Positions 51,165 through 60,033 of a stretch of 64,000 bases of DNA are shown in pieces (position 1 is the first letter of the stretch; each line of letters begins with the position of its first letter). The DNA is taken from positions 1,537,068 to 1,601,067 of the forward strand of contig OZ245017.1 of the NCBI GenBank assembly GCA_965223785.1. The letters run 5' to 3'. Made by a program: the position numbers and the translations under genes. Below the pieces are notes generated by a model. The model ran no database searches. It was not told the DNA's origin and worked only from the letters and a program-made list of their open reading frames with translations. Source of the DNA: Phototrophicaceae bacterium (GTDB lineage Bacteria; Chloroflexota; Anaerolineae; Aggregatilineales; Phototrophicaceae).

Positions 51165-52334
51165 GTGATACAAGAACTCATTAACAGGGCTGATCAGCGT
51201 GGCTTTCTTACTTTTGAAGATGTTCTTGAAGTATTAGAGGAGGATGGCGACGATGTAGGATCATCGATAGAAGCTATTATTTATGAGCTTGATGAACTAG
51301 GGATTGAATTAAGACAAGACAGCGAAAGTAACTTGCGCGTCGGGGAAGATACTGACATTGACTTTGAACCTGAAGAAATATTACAAGACCCTGGTGTCGG
51401 TGATATAAGCGCGGTTTCTGCTGATGATCCTGTTGGCCTGTACTTTCGCCAGATGGCACAAGAACCCCTCTTAACTGCTGAAGAAGAAATTGACCTCGCA
51501 AAACGCATTGAAATCGGCAAGCGGGCAGAGATTCGTCTCCAACGGCCCAGCACCTATGAAAATTATTCTCAACAATGGATCAGCCACATGCAGCGTCTGG
51601 CCTATGATGGTCAGGCAGCACGCGAACATCTGGGGCGTGCCAACACACGGCTGGTTGTCAGCATTGCCAAACGCTACATGGGTCAGGGACTACCCTTTCC
51701 TGACCTAATACAAGAGGGTAATGTTGGGTTAATGCGGGCGGTTGATAAATATGATTATAAGCGTGGCAACCGTTTCAGCACCTATGCAACTTGGTGGATT
51801 CGGCAAGCAATTACACGGGCATTGGCACAAAAGACCCGGACGATCCGTATTCCGCTGCATATGACTGAGCGCATCCGGCAAATGTACCGGACTGCACAAT
51901 CGCTTGAGCAGACATTAGGCCGACGCCCAACCCCGGAAGAAATCGCCCGCAAAATGGAACTGCCGACAGATGCGGTACGGGGCATGATGGACGCCAGCCA
52001 ACACGCGATTGCGCTTGAACGTCCGGTAGGCGATGATGGCGACAGCGAATTCGGTGATTTTATTGAAGATCAAGACTCCCCCAGCCCCGTAGAAGCAGCA
52101 ACCCAACACCTCCTTGAAGAAACAATCGAAGAAGTTCTTAGCGAATTGACACCCCGCCAGAGTCATATCTTGCGCCTGCGCTTTGGACTGGGAAGTGGCG
52201 AACCGCATACACTGGAGGAGATCGCCAATAAATTTGGCTTGAGTCGGGAGCGCATTCGGCAGCTTGAGAAAGAGGCGCTGCGACGCCTGCGTCATCCGCG
52301 TCTGGCTCATAACTTACGGGACTATCTGGGCTAG
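51165..52334 (+). CDS. rpoD: RNA polymerase primary sigma factor (sigma-70/SigA)
   Basis: Regions 1.2, 2 (DLIQEGNVGLMRAVDKYDYKRGNRFSTYATWWIRQAI), 3 and 4 (LEEIANKFGLSRERIRQLE). Confidence 0.9.
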   Translation: MIQELINRADQRGFLTFEDVLEVLEEDGDDVGSSIEAIIYELDELGIELRQDSESNLRVGEDTDIDFEPEEILQDPGVGDISAVSADDPVGLYFRQMAQEPLLTAEEEIDLAKRIEIGKRAEIRLQRPSTYENYSQQWISHMQRLAYDGQAAREHLGRANTRLVVSIAKRYMGQGLPFPDLIQEGNVGLMRAVDKYDYKRGNRFSTYATWWIRQAITRALAQKTRTIRIPLHMTERIRQMYRTAQSLEQTLGRRPTPEEIARKMELPTDAVRGMMDASQHAIALERPVGDDGDSEFGDFIEDQDSPSPVEAATQHLLEETIEEVLSELTPRQSHILRLRFGLGSGEPHTLEEIANKFGLSRERIRQLEKEALRRLRHPRLAHNLRDYLG

Positions 52335-52580
52335 ATCAAGCAAAACCATTTTTGACAAAGCTGGACGACTGTTCAGCTTTGTTCTATTCAGGCCATTGTG
52401 ACCGCTCGCCGCCACCAGGGACACGGGGTTCGTTGTGCTCGCTCTGCGGTTGCGGTAGCCGCTCCTGGGGGGCTGCTGTGTTTCTCTAAAATGATCTGAG
52501 AGGAAGTGCTGAATTTCGTGAATAAAACTTGGCCATTTGGGTAATTCAACTAAGTATCTATCCGAGAAATCAGTTGAGCC

Positions 52581-53148
52581 TTGAATAAGACCGAAAAATG
52601 TCGATTACTTTCAGATTCCCAAACCCTTATGGAAACGAATCAAAAAGGCGTTACCCAAGAAGCGCCGCCGACAATCGGGCCGTATGGAAAGCCGTTCACA
52701 AGGACTGGTTTGGTGTATCCAGGCATTTTTGATCGGATCATGAAGATTATGGAAATGGCAAGCAAATCTTGTCCCGCGCCTCTGGGTGGGAGCCAAACCG
52801 GGGGCAAAGTTCATCTGACTGGAGCGAACGAACATGATAAGTGGTCAGCGGAAGAAAACCCTACACTTGTGCCCAAATAAAGGCTACGATTACGATGATG
52901 GGCACCACTTCGCTGAACAAGCCCACTATATCACCCATATCAAACCTCGTCGCAGGCACGGTGTTGACGATGATCCTGCCCCTAGTGAAACACGCTATCC
53001 GGCTCGCCGATGGGTCGTTGAGCGCACATGGCTCAGCAAACGACGCAGTATTCGTACTCGGTGGGGCAAGAAATCTGAGAATCGGATCGCTCACATATCT
53101 TGTTTGATCTTGCATTTTACCGATAGGTTCTCAAAGTCGAGAAATTGA
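52581..53148 (+). mobile_element. IS5-family (IS427-like) transposase remnant; only the C-terminal ~100 aa are recognisable
   Basis: ...NKGYDYDDG...RRWVVERTWLSKRRSIRTRWGKKSENRIAHISCLILHF matches the IS5/IS427 OrfB C-terminus. The upstream ORF is not a credible N-terminal half. Confidence 0.55.
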
Positions 53149-53164
53149 GACAGCAGATTTCACC

Positions 53165-53400
53165 CAGAATACAGAACGTGTGTTCTCCCAAATGCTCTAT
53201 TCTGGGCTATAATGAAAACATCTGTTCTTGTTAGCTAAACTGGAATATCATGTCTCAACCTTATACAAAAAGCCAATGCACTCCAGGCAACATCGCCTTG
53301 ACTGCCTTACCTGAACGCACCCTACACGACCCGCCTCAACTCGAAACCCTCAAGCCATTGCCGCCGAAAAAAGTTGCGCAGCGGCGGCAACAAAAAGAAC
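53165..53400 (+). repeat. Third (plus-strand) copy of the LexA-box promoter module: AGAACGTGTGTTCT at 53173-53186 and TATAAT at 53208-53213, followed by a degenerate tnpB 5' region
   Basis: Alignable to the minus strand of 42541-42730 and 43209-43375, including the downstream block ctcgaaaccctcaagccattgccgccgaaaaaagttgcgc(a/g)gcggcg. Confidence 0.6.
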
Positions 53401-53656
53401 ACCCTAACCCTCTACACCCACGTTCGCGCCCATCTCTTGCACCCTGCTCGAGACCCCAAACCCACCAGGTTACCAATATCCTGATGGCTCAATCCATGGG
53501 GCAAATGATTTTTTCGGATAGGTTCTAAGACTAAACTTGCTGCGAATGTTACATTAGCGTTTTCCCATCCGAGATCTCCTGGGTATAATTTTACGCGACA
53601 ACAATCAGTGGAAGGAGGCATAGCGCGAACCCTCTAAGTAGGGATGCCGATTTTTT

Positions 53657-54454
53657 ATGGCAAATCCAAAGCATGTCGCTCTTCTCAAGCAGGGTGTTGC
53701 GGCTTGGAATGAATGGCGCAAAGAAAATCGCGGCGTCAGAGCCGATCTCAGACAAACTGTTCTTACAAAAGCCTATTGTGGGTACACGGTATTTGGTGAT
53801 TTAGATTTATCGAATGTGAAGGGACTGGAGGATGTCATTCATGAAGGGCCAAGCACACTGGGCGTTGATACCCTATTTCGGTCAGGAGGCACGATTCCTG
53901 AAGTGTTTTTGCGCGGATGTGGTGTGGAAGAAACATTGATTACGTATCTGCCATCCCTGATGGGAAAGCCCATTCAGTTCTATTCTTGTTTTATCAGCTA
54001 CAGCCATACGGATAAAGCCTTTGCGCGGCGGGTACACGATACGCTGCAAGGTCGAGGCATTCGGTGTTGGTTGGATGAGAAACAGATGCTTCCGGGTGAT
54101 GACATCTATGAGGAAGTGGAGCGTGGAATCCGATTGTGGGACAAGGTCCTGCTGTGTTGCTCAGAGAACTCGCTGATGAGCTGGTGGGTCGACGATGAGA
54201 TTGACCGCACATTCCAGAAGGAGCGTGAGAAGTTTCAGGGTCGACAGGTGAAGGTTTTGGTTCCGCTAGATCTGGACGGCTATCTGTTTGATGGATATGA
54301 GAGCGCCAAGAAGACGAAGATTACATCACGATTGGCGGCGAATTTCGTCGGATGGGAGAAGGACAACAACATTTTTGAGACGAAGATTGAGGAGGTGATA
54401 AAGGCCCTACAGACCGATGGGGGCAAGGAGCCACCGCCCCCTCAGTTGATTTGA
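53657..54454 (+). CDS. TIR-domain protein with a pentapeptide-repeat-protein-like N-terminal region
   Basis: TIR core FYSCFISYSHTDKAFARRVHDTL...CWLDE...SWWVDDEIDRTF with the conserved Glu. The N-terminus HVALLKQGVAAWNEWRKEN resembles the leader of cyanobacterial/Chloroflexi pentapeptide-repeat proteins. Confidence 0.7.
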   Translation: MANPKHVALLKQGVAAWNEWRKENRGVRADLRQTVLTKAYCGYTVFGDLDLSNVKGLEDVIHEGPSTLGVDTLFRSGGTIPEVFLRGCGVEETLITYLPSLMGKPIQFYSCFISYSHTDKAFARRVHDTLQGRGIRCWLDEKQMLPGDDIYEEVERGIRLWDKVLLCCSENSLMSWWVDDEIDRTFQKEREKFQGRQVKVLVPLDLDGYLFDGYESAKKTKITSRLAANFVGWEKDNNIFETKIEEVIKALQTDGGKEPPPPQLI

Positions 54455-54534
54455 TGGGAATGGCGATCATCCGCCCAGACGATTTGTTCTATTTATGGTA
54501 TCATATGACGAAATGTCGTATAGGAGGTTAAGGG

Positions 54535-55476
54535 ATGAGACAAGGGAAGTACGCTTATTTTCAGAAAAACATTGTTCCATTAGCTGAAGCCAAAGTGAGT
54601 GTCATGACACATGCACTGAACTATGGAACTGGGGTGTTTGCGGGGATGCGTGGCTATTGGAACGAAGAGCATGAACAACTTTATGTCCTCCGCCCCATTG
54701 ATCATTTTAAACGTTTCATCAATTCAGCCAAGCTCATGCGGATGGAGATTGGACGTTCGCCAGAAGACCTTGTCGCTATCCTGAAGCAGCTCTTACAGGC
54801 GGAGAACTTCCGGGAGAACTGCTACATTCGTCCCCTGGCCTACAAATCAGAAGAAAAGATCGGCGTCAGGCTCCATGATGTCGAAGATGATGTGACCATT
54901 TTCGCCGTGCCATTTGGTCAGTATGTTGCCGATGAGAATGGCGCTCACGCCTGTATCTCAGCATGGCGTCGCGTCGATGACAATGCCATTCCAGCGCGTG
55001 GCAAAGTAACGGGAGCCTATGCCAATTCATCTTTAATTAAGAGTGATGCGATTTTATCTGGCTATGATGAAGCGATCGTGCTCAATGAAGACGGGCATGT
55101 TTCTGAAGTGAGTGCTGCCAATATATTTGTTATCCGCAATGGTGTCGCCATCACACCACCCATTACCTCCAATGTTCTTGAAGGCATTGTACGACACAGC
55201 GTGATCCGTTTTCTAAAAGATGACTTTAATATCCCCGTCCAAGAACGTGAGATTGACCGCACGGAACTCTATCTTGCAGATGAGATATTCATGTGTGGGA
55301 CCGGAATGCAAATTGTAGCCGTTACCCGTGTTGAACATCGAGATATTGGAACAGGCCAGTTAGGGGATATTACCCGGTCAGTCCGTGATTTGTATATGGA
55401 TGTCGTTTTTGGCCGGGAAAACAAGTATCTTGATTGGGTAACGGCAATGTACGAGCATCAGCCTGTGCGTGGATAG
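54535..55476 (+). CDS. ilvE: Branched-chain amino acid aminotransferase (class IV PLP-dependent)
   Basis: Fold-type IV motifs (..GTGVFAGMRGYW.., ..TGAYANSSL.., ..EVSAANIFVI.., E....MCGTG). Confidence 0.8.
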   Translation: MRQGKYAYFQKNIVPLAEAKVSVMTHALNYGTGVFAGMRGYWNEEHEQLYVLRPIDHFKRFINSAKLMRMEIGRSPEDLVAILKQLLQAENFRENCYIRPLAYKSEEKIGVRLHDVEDDVTIFAVPFGQYVADENGAHACISAWRRVDDNAIPARGKVTGAYANSSLIKSDAILSGYDEAIVLNEDGHVSEVSAANIFVIRNGVAITPPITSNVLEGIVRHSVIRFLKDDFNIPVQEREIDRTELYLADEIFMCGTGMQIVAVTRVEHRDIGTGQLGDITRSVRDLYMDVVFGRENKYLDWVTAMYEHQPVRG

Positions 55477-56189
55477 ACCGCCAGAATTGCAGGGACACGA
55501 TCAATCGAAGCCAGACGATAATCTGGACTGAGCAACATGGTTGATCCGCCTCCATCCAGATTAAAAGCATCGACAACGTTCAAATCGCTGGTTGCCAGAA
55601 ATTGGCTCAGTTCTTTTAATGATAGACCAATTAGGGGCGTGGTAATCAGCAAGACATTCCCATCTTGGTCCAGGGCAATTGCAGTTCGTCTCGCGATTCG
55701 ACCATCAGAAAAATACGTTTGTTCGCCACCCCGGACTAACATGGGAAAACCTTGAACAGCCTCAGTGAATGGTTCACCTCTATAAGGATTATGGACATTT
55801 GACCTAATTTGTGGGATTCCCTCATGAATCGCGAATGTGCCGCCCCGGTCCTGATACGACTGCCCATACAATACATCAGAGGCAATCAACAAGCCTAATA
55901 TATGATAATTGGGATCAAAGAAATTGGCATTGACCAATGCAACGGCATCTGGAACGGTCTCAATCCATTCAGATAACGATTGCGGATCACTATAGTGCGC
56001 TCGAAACTCATATTGTTGTGGGTCGATTTTGAGGACAACGATTTGCTTGAGAGTTTGCTCAAAATAGGTGGACGTCTCTAAGGCCTGATTCGGTCTAACA
56101 GATTGTGACCCAACACAGCCAGAAATCACCATTACAAGCAGGACCATATATCTTGATTTGGCGTATCTTTTCATGATATACTCACACAA
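55458..56189 (-). CDS. Lipoprotein of the phosphodiester glycosidase (DUF2233/NAGPA-like) family
   Basis: Lipobox ISGC; NANFFD...LDGGGS motifs. Confidence 0.5.
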   Translation of the reverse strand: MCEYIMKRYAKSRYMVLLVMVISGCVGSQSVRPNQALETSTYFEQTLKQIVVLKIDPQQYEFRAHYSDPQSLSEWIETVPDAVALVNANFFDPNYHILGLLIASDVLYGQSYQDRGGTFAIHEGIPQIRSNVHNPYRGEPFTEAVQGFPMLVRGGEQTYFSDGRIARRTAIALDQDGNVLLITTPLIGLSLKELSQFLATSDLNVVDAFNLDGGGSTMLLSPDYRLASIDRVPAILAVYPRTG

Positions 56190-56194
56190 CTTCG

Positions 56195-56268
56195 GGGCGC
56201 ATAGCTCAGCCGGTTAGAGCGTACGGTTCACATCCGTGAGGTCGGGAGTTCAAGTCTCTCTGCGCCCA
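56195..56268 (+). tRNA. tRNA-Val (anticodon CAC)
   Basis: Hand-folded: GGGCGCA / TA / GCTC-AGCCGGTTA-GAGC / G / TACGG-TTCACAT-CCGTG / AGGTC / GGGAG-TTCAAGT-CTCTC / TGCGCCC / A. Confidence 0.9.
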
Positions 56269-56331
56269 CATGCGTATAAGCCATCTTCACCCCCCCTAGA
56301 TCTCGACTTTCTTTCAAGCGCCAAACTTCAG

Positions 56332-56358
56332 AGAGGATGTCTTCAGACATCCTCTTTA
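56332..56358. terminator. Hairpin terminator between tRNA-Val and the convergent ABC transporter operon
   Basis: AGAGGATGTCTTCAGACATCCTCT followed by TTT. Confidence 0.5.
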
Positions 56359-56395
56359 CAAAAATAACAATGTGGGCTGCTGTGCCGCAAGCAGA

Positions 56396-57556
56396 TTAGA
56401 AGTCGAAGTCGTTGATGTTGTCTGCGTTGAAAATGAAGGGCGGGCCCAGCAACACTTCGCTGCCATTAACGACCTGTAGTTCGCCCAGGCGGCCAGCCAT
56501 TACAGACGTATCTCCAGGGGCAAAGTCGCCATCGGCCACTGCCCGAGCCACATAGACTGCAGCATATCCGAGGTCAATCGGGTTCCAGAGAACAACCGAT
56601 TCCACACAACCGTCATTCACATAAGGCTTCATCGCATCGGGCGTTGCTAAACCAACTACGGCCACCTCACCACAAAGATCAGCCTGTGTGACTGCATCTG
56701 CCGACGATGGTGTGGCGACACTTGTCATACCAAAAATACCATCCAGGTCTTCACCATATTTGTTAATGAGTGTGTTGGCTTGGTTAAAGGACAATACGGC
56801 ATCTTCCTGTGCTTCAAGCGTTTCAAGCCAAGTCAGATCAGGATAACAATCAGAGGCATAGGCCCACATTTCCGCAATCCAACGAGCCTGATTAGGCGTA
56901 GTGAAGGTACTGGTGACAATGCCGAAAGAGGCATCTTCACCCTTTTCCACGACCAAACTATCAATCATACCTTTGGCGATTCCGTTGAACTCGGCTTGAT
57001 TGACAAACCATTCACGCGCACCCGGTGTGGAGTTGGCATCGTAGCCAATCACATGCAACCCTTCCTCTAATGCTCGCTCAAGCACAGGTGAAATGGCTAC
57101 GGGGTCATTGGCTGCGAACAGGACTCCGTTGATTTCGCCACCGGCGATATAATTTTCAATGTCGGCGACTTGGTCATCAATGTTCGCTTCGGTCGTCCCC
57201 CCTTGAATCACAGTCACATTGCCTAACTCCTCGGCGGCCTGCTGCATACCGAGATGTGTTGCGTCAAAATAACCAATACCAATTAGTTTGGGTACATCAA
57301 CGAGGACAATATCCTCTTCAGCAAGATTGGGTGCGTCAGTTGGTTGGCCACCATCATACTCCACACCTTCTTCCATTTCTTCGTCTTCTTCATCTTCTTC
57401 AGAATCGGCATCTTCATCCATGTCATCCATACCACATTCTAGTGGATTGACATCAAGATCATCTGCCCCATCCCAACGATCGTCTTGGGCAACCATCGGC
57501 ATACTGAGCAATCCGATCAGCATAATAATGAGTGCAACAACTAGACTTTTGCGCAT
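56396..57556 (-). CDS. Sugar ABC transporter substrate-binding protein (periplasmic binding protein type I, ribose/AI-2 type) with an acidic low-complexity N-terminal linker
   Basis: Signal peptide, DE-rich linker, RbsB-like fold signatures. Confidence 0.75.
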   Translation of the reverse strand: MRKSLVVALIIMLIGLLSMPMVAQDDRWDGADDLDVNPLECGMDDMDEDADSEEDEEDEEMEEGVEYDGGQPTDAPNLAEEDIVLVDVPKLIGIGYFDATHLGMQQAAEELGNVTVIQGGTTEANIDDQVADIENYIAGGEINGVLFAANDPVAISPVLERALEEGLHVIGYDANSTPGAREWFVNQAEFNGIAKGMIDSLVVEKGEDASFGIVTSTFTTPNQARWIAEMWAYASDCYPDLTWLETLEAQEDAVLSFNQANTLINKYGEDLDGIFGMTSVATPSSADAVTQADLCGEVAVVGLATPDAMKPYVNDGCVESVVLWNPIDLGYAAVYVARAVADGDFAPGDTSVMAGRLGELQVVNGSEVLLGPPFIFNADNINDFDF

Positions 57557-57630
57557 TTCCTTTGTCTCCTAGAACTATCTATACAAATACGATTGCCTCC
57601 ATTGAATCAATTCACCTATAAATTACCTCC

Positions 57631-58653
57631 TTAGTCTGATTGCCGTAGGCGTTGAATCTGATTGTTTACTAGGATAGCAACAATCAGAACGCTACCAATT
57701 ACAACAATGGTGGCATCGCTCGTTACCCCATTGATCGCCAGCCCATTTTTAAGCAATTGAATCATAACAAGACCAATGACCGTTCCCAGAATACTGCCCT
57801 TGCCACCAAAAATACTTGTGCCACCCAAAACAACAGCGGCAATCGCATCAAGCTCCAAACCACTCCCCATATCAGAACGGGTCGTAGTGAAACGGGACAC
57901 AAAAATCACACCAGAAAGCCCAGCCATAAAACCCGAAAACGTGTAAATAATAAGCAGTACACGATCGACTGGAAGTCCTGAAAAACGGGCACCAACCACA
58001 TTATTGCCAATAGCATATAACGTTCTTCCGAGTGTGGTTCGTCGCAAGACAACCATAGACACAAGGATGGCGATGAGCAAAATCCATATTTGTGTGGGGA
58101 CCCCCCAAATATCCCCTTGTCCTAAGCCCAAAAACCATTCAGGATAACCTGTCACTGAACGAGCTTCACTAATGCCTTGGGCCAATCCACGATAAAATGC
58201 AAGTGTTGCCAGCGTCATAATGAGTGGTGGCACATCAATGCGGACGATCACTAAACCATTGACAAACCCTGCCAAACAACTCGCAAGCATAGCTGTCAGT
58301 ATCGCAAGCTCAAGAGGAAATCCAAGATTATTCCAAGTATATCCCACCCAAATAGCACTTAGTCCAAGAATAGAGCCAACCGAAAGGTCGATTCCTCCAG
58401 TGATGATGATATAAGTCATGGGGAGTGCCATCAAACCAATCTCAGCCATCAAGCGGCCTTGATTGAACAAATTTTGGGTCGTCAGGAAATTCTCGTTGGA
58501 CACAGCAAGAACAACCATCGTGAGAACAAGAATGATGAACAAAACACCCTCTTGGCTCAGGAAGACATCTTGTACTTGCTGAACGAGCGTTTTACTGTCA
58601 GCCGTCTGTTGTTGGGTTGAGTTGTCCGTTACTGCCATACGACTTTCTTTCAT
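57631..58653 (-). CDS. Sugar ABC transporter permease (RbsC/AraH type)
   Basis: ~10 TM helices; branched-chain/ribose permease family signature. Confidence 0.8.
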   Translation of the reverse strand: MKESRMAVTDNSTQQQTADSKTLVQQVQDVFLSQEGVLFIILVLTMVVLAVSNENFLTTQNLFNQGRLMAEIGLMALPMTYIIITGGIDLSVGSILGLSAIWVGYTWNNLGFPLELAILTAMLASCLAGFVNGLVIVRIDVPPLIMTLATLAFYRGLAQGISEARSVTGYPEWFLGLGQGDIWGVPTQIWILLIAILVSMVVLRRTTLGRTLYAIGNNVVGARFSGLPVDRVLLIIYTFSGFMAGLSGVIFVSRFTTTRSDMGSGLELDAIAAVVLGGTSIFGGKGSILGTVIGLVMIQLLKNGLAINGVTSDATIVVIGSVLIVAILVNNQIQRLRQSD

Positions 58654-60033
58654 TTACCTGTTTTGCCGTCTACGACGGAGCAGATCAATCAATACGGTAA
58701 CCAGGATCAACGCACCCTGCACGGCTTGTATCCAGAATGGAGAAACATTAATAAAAATCATGCCAGAGCGAATAGCATTTAATAGAATCGCGGCTAAAGT
58801 TGCCCCGATAACCGTTCCCTTTCCTCCTAGAATACTTACCCCGCCAACAACAGCTGCTGTGATAACAAACAATTCTAATGAAGGGGGTGGTGTGGCTTGG
58901 ATAATGCTCAGCTGCGTTGCATAGAGGACACTTGCAATCCCTACAAAAGCACCATTTATCATAAAAACCTGCATAATGACGCGCCGTTGTGATATGCCAG
59001 AAAGGCGGGCTGCTTCTGCATTGCCACCAACAGCATAGAATGAGCGTCCAGTACTACTATAACGCATCCAGAGTGCTGCCAATATTGTTAGGGCGATCAT
59101 AAAATAAATGGGCATGGGGATGTCAAGCGGTTTCATTTGGGAAAGGGAATACCCCTCTGGCATATCGGTTACGCGCTGCCCATTTGTCCACAGGATCAAA
59201 ATGCCTTTGAGGATACTTAACATACCCAGAGTCACCACAATAGAAGGAACCTGAAGGTAGGCCACAATGAAACCGATGAGTGCACCGACACATATCCCCA
59301 AAAATACAGGAATAAGCCACGAGAGGAAGATGGGGGTACCAGCAACAACGAGCCGTCCGCTAACAATGGCAAGCAGGCCAATTAATGATCCAACCGATAT
59401 ATCGATATTTCCTGTAATGATGACCATTGCCATCCCAATCGCAGCCACAGCAATATAGGCATTACCCTGCAAAACATCGAGAATGTTGCGCGTAGCCAAA
59501 TAACGTGGATTCGATATTCCGACAACGAGGAGTAGGACAACCAACGCAAGAATGATGGCACTTTCTTGATTGGCGATCATACTTCGTAGTCGGTATTCTT
59601 GATCTGCTTGAGGGCGAGGCAAAATCAGTTGAACTAGCATGCTAATTGCCAGTATCAACAACGCCCAAAAGCCAATTCCCATAGAACCCAAATAGGTGGC
59701 CCCTTCATCAATATAGTCCCTGGCGAATATCACAAAATATTCCAGCAGGATCACGCCCATAACCGCAGTCAACACCGAGGCAGTACGACTCAACTGCTTA
59801 TTGGTCATATTCCACAGCCCCAGCAAGAAGAGTACGCCGGCTGTAATTGGGATTAGAATTAGGCCATTGGTCGCTACGCTCAGTTCATTATTTGAGCGTG
59901 ATTCGGTTAGCACCGAAATGCGAGTTGCGCCCAGCTCTGGTTGTATGATGAAGGGCAAGAACTGAAAAGCACCATAAACTAATATCGCTAGAACAAGGGG
60001 AACAAATAAGGTGTAATCAAGTCCTTTGCTCAT
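58654..60033 (-). CDS. Second sugar ABC transporter permease (RbsC type, with an N-terminal extension)
   Basis: Paralogous to the preceding permease; overlaps the ATPase gene by 4 nt. Confidence 0.8.
   Translation of the reverse strand: MSKGLDYTLFVPLVLAILVYGAFQFLPFIIQPELGATRISVLTESRSNNELSVATNGLILIPITAGVLFLLGLWNMTNKQLSRTASVLTAVMGVILLEYFVIFARDYIDEGATYLGSMGIGFWALLILAISMLVQLILPRPQADQEYRLRSMIANQESAIILALVVLLLVVGISNPRYLATRNILDVLQGNAYIAVAAIGMAMVIITGNIDISVGSLIGLLAIVSGRLVVAGTPIFLSWLIPVFLGICVGALIGFIVAYLQVPSIVVTLGMLSILKGILILWTNGQRVTDMPEGYSLSQMKPLDIPMPIYFMIALTILAALWMRYSSTGRSFYAVGGNAEAARLSGISQRRVIMQVFMINGAFVGIASVLYATQLSIIQATPPPSLELFVITAAVVGGVSILGGKGTVIGATLAAILLNAIRSGMIFINVSPFWIQAVQGALILVTVLIDLLRRRRQNR

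Noticed and set aside
53250-53528. 92-aa plus-strand ORF as a gene
   Set aside because: Pro/Arg-rich with no RBS. It aligns with the degenerate 5' tnpB region of the repeated module (LPPKKVAQRRQQ vs MPPKKVARRRRQ), so it is remnant sequence.
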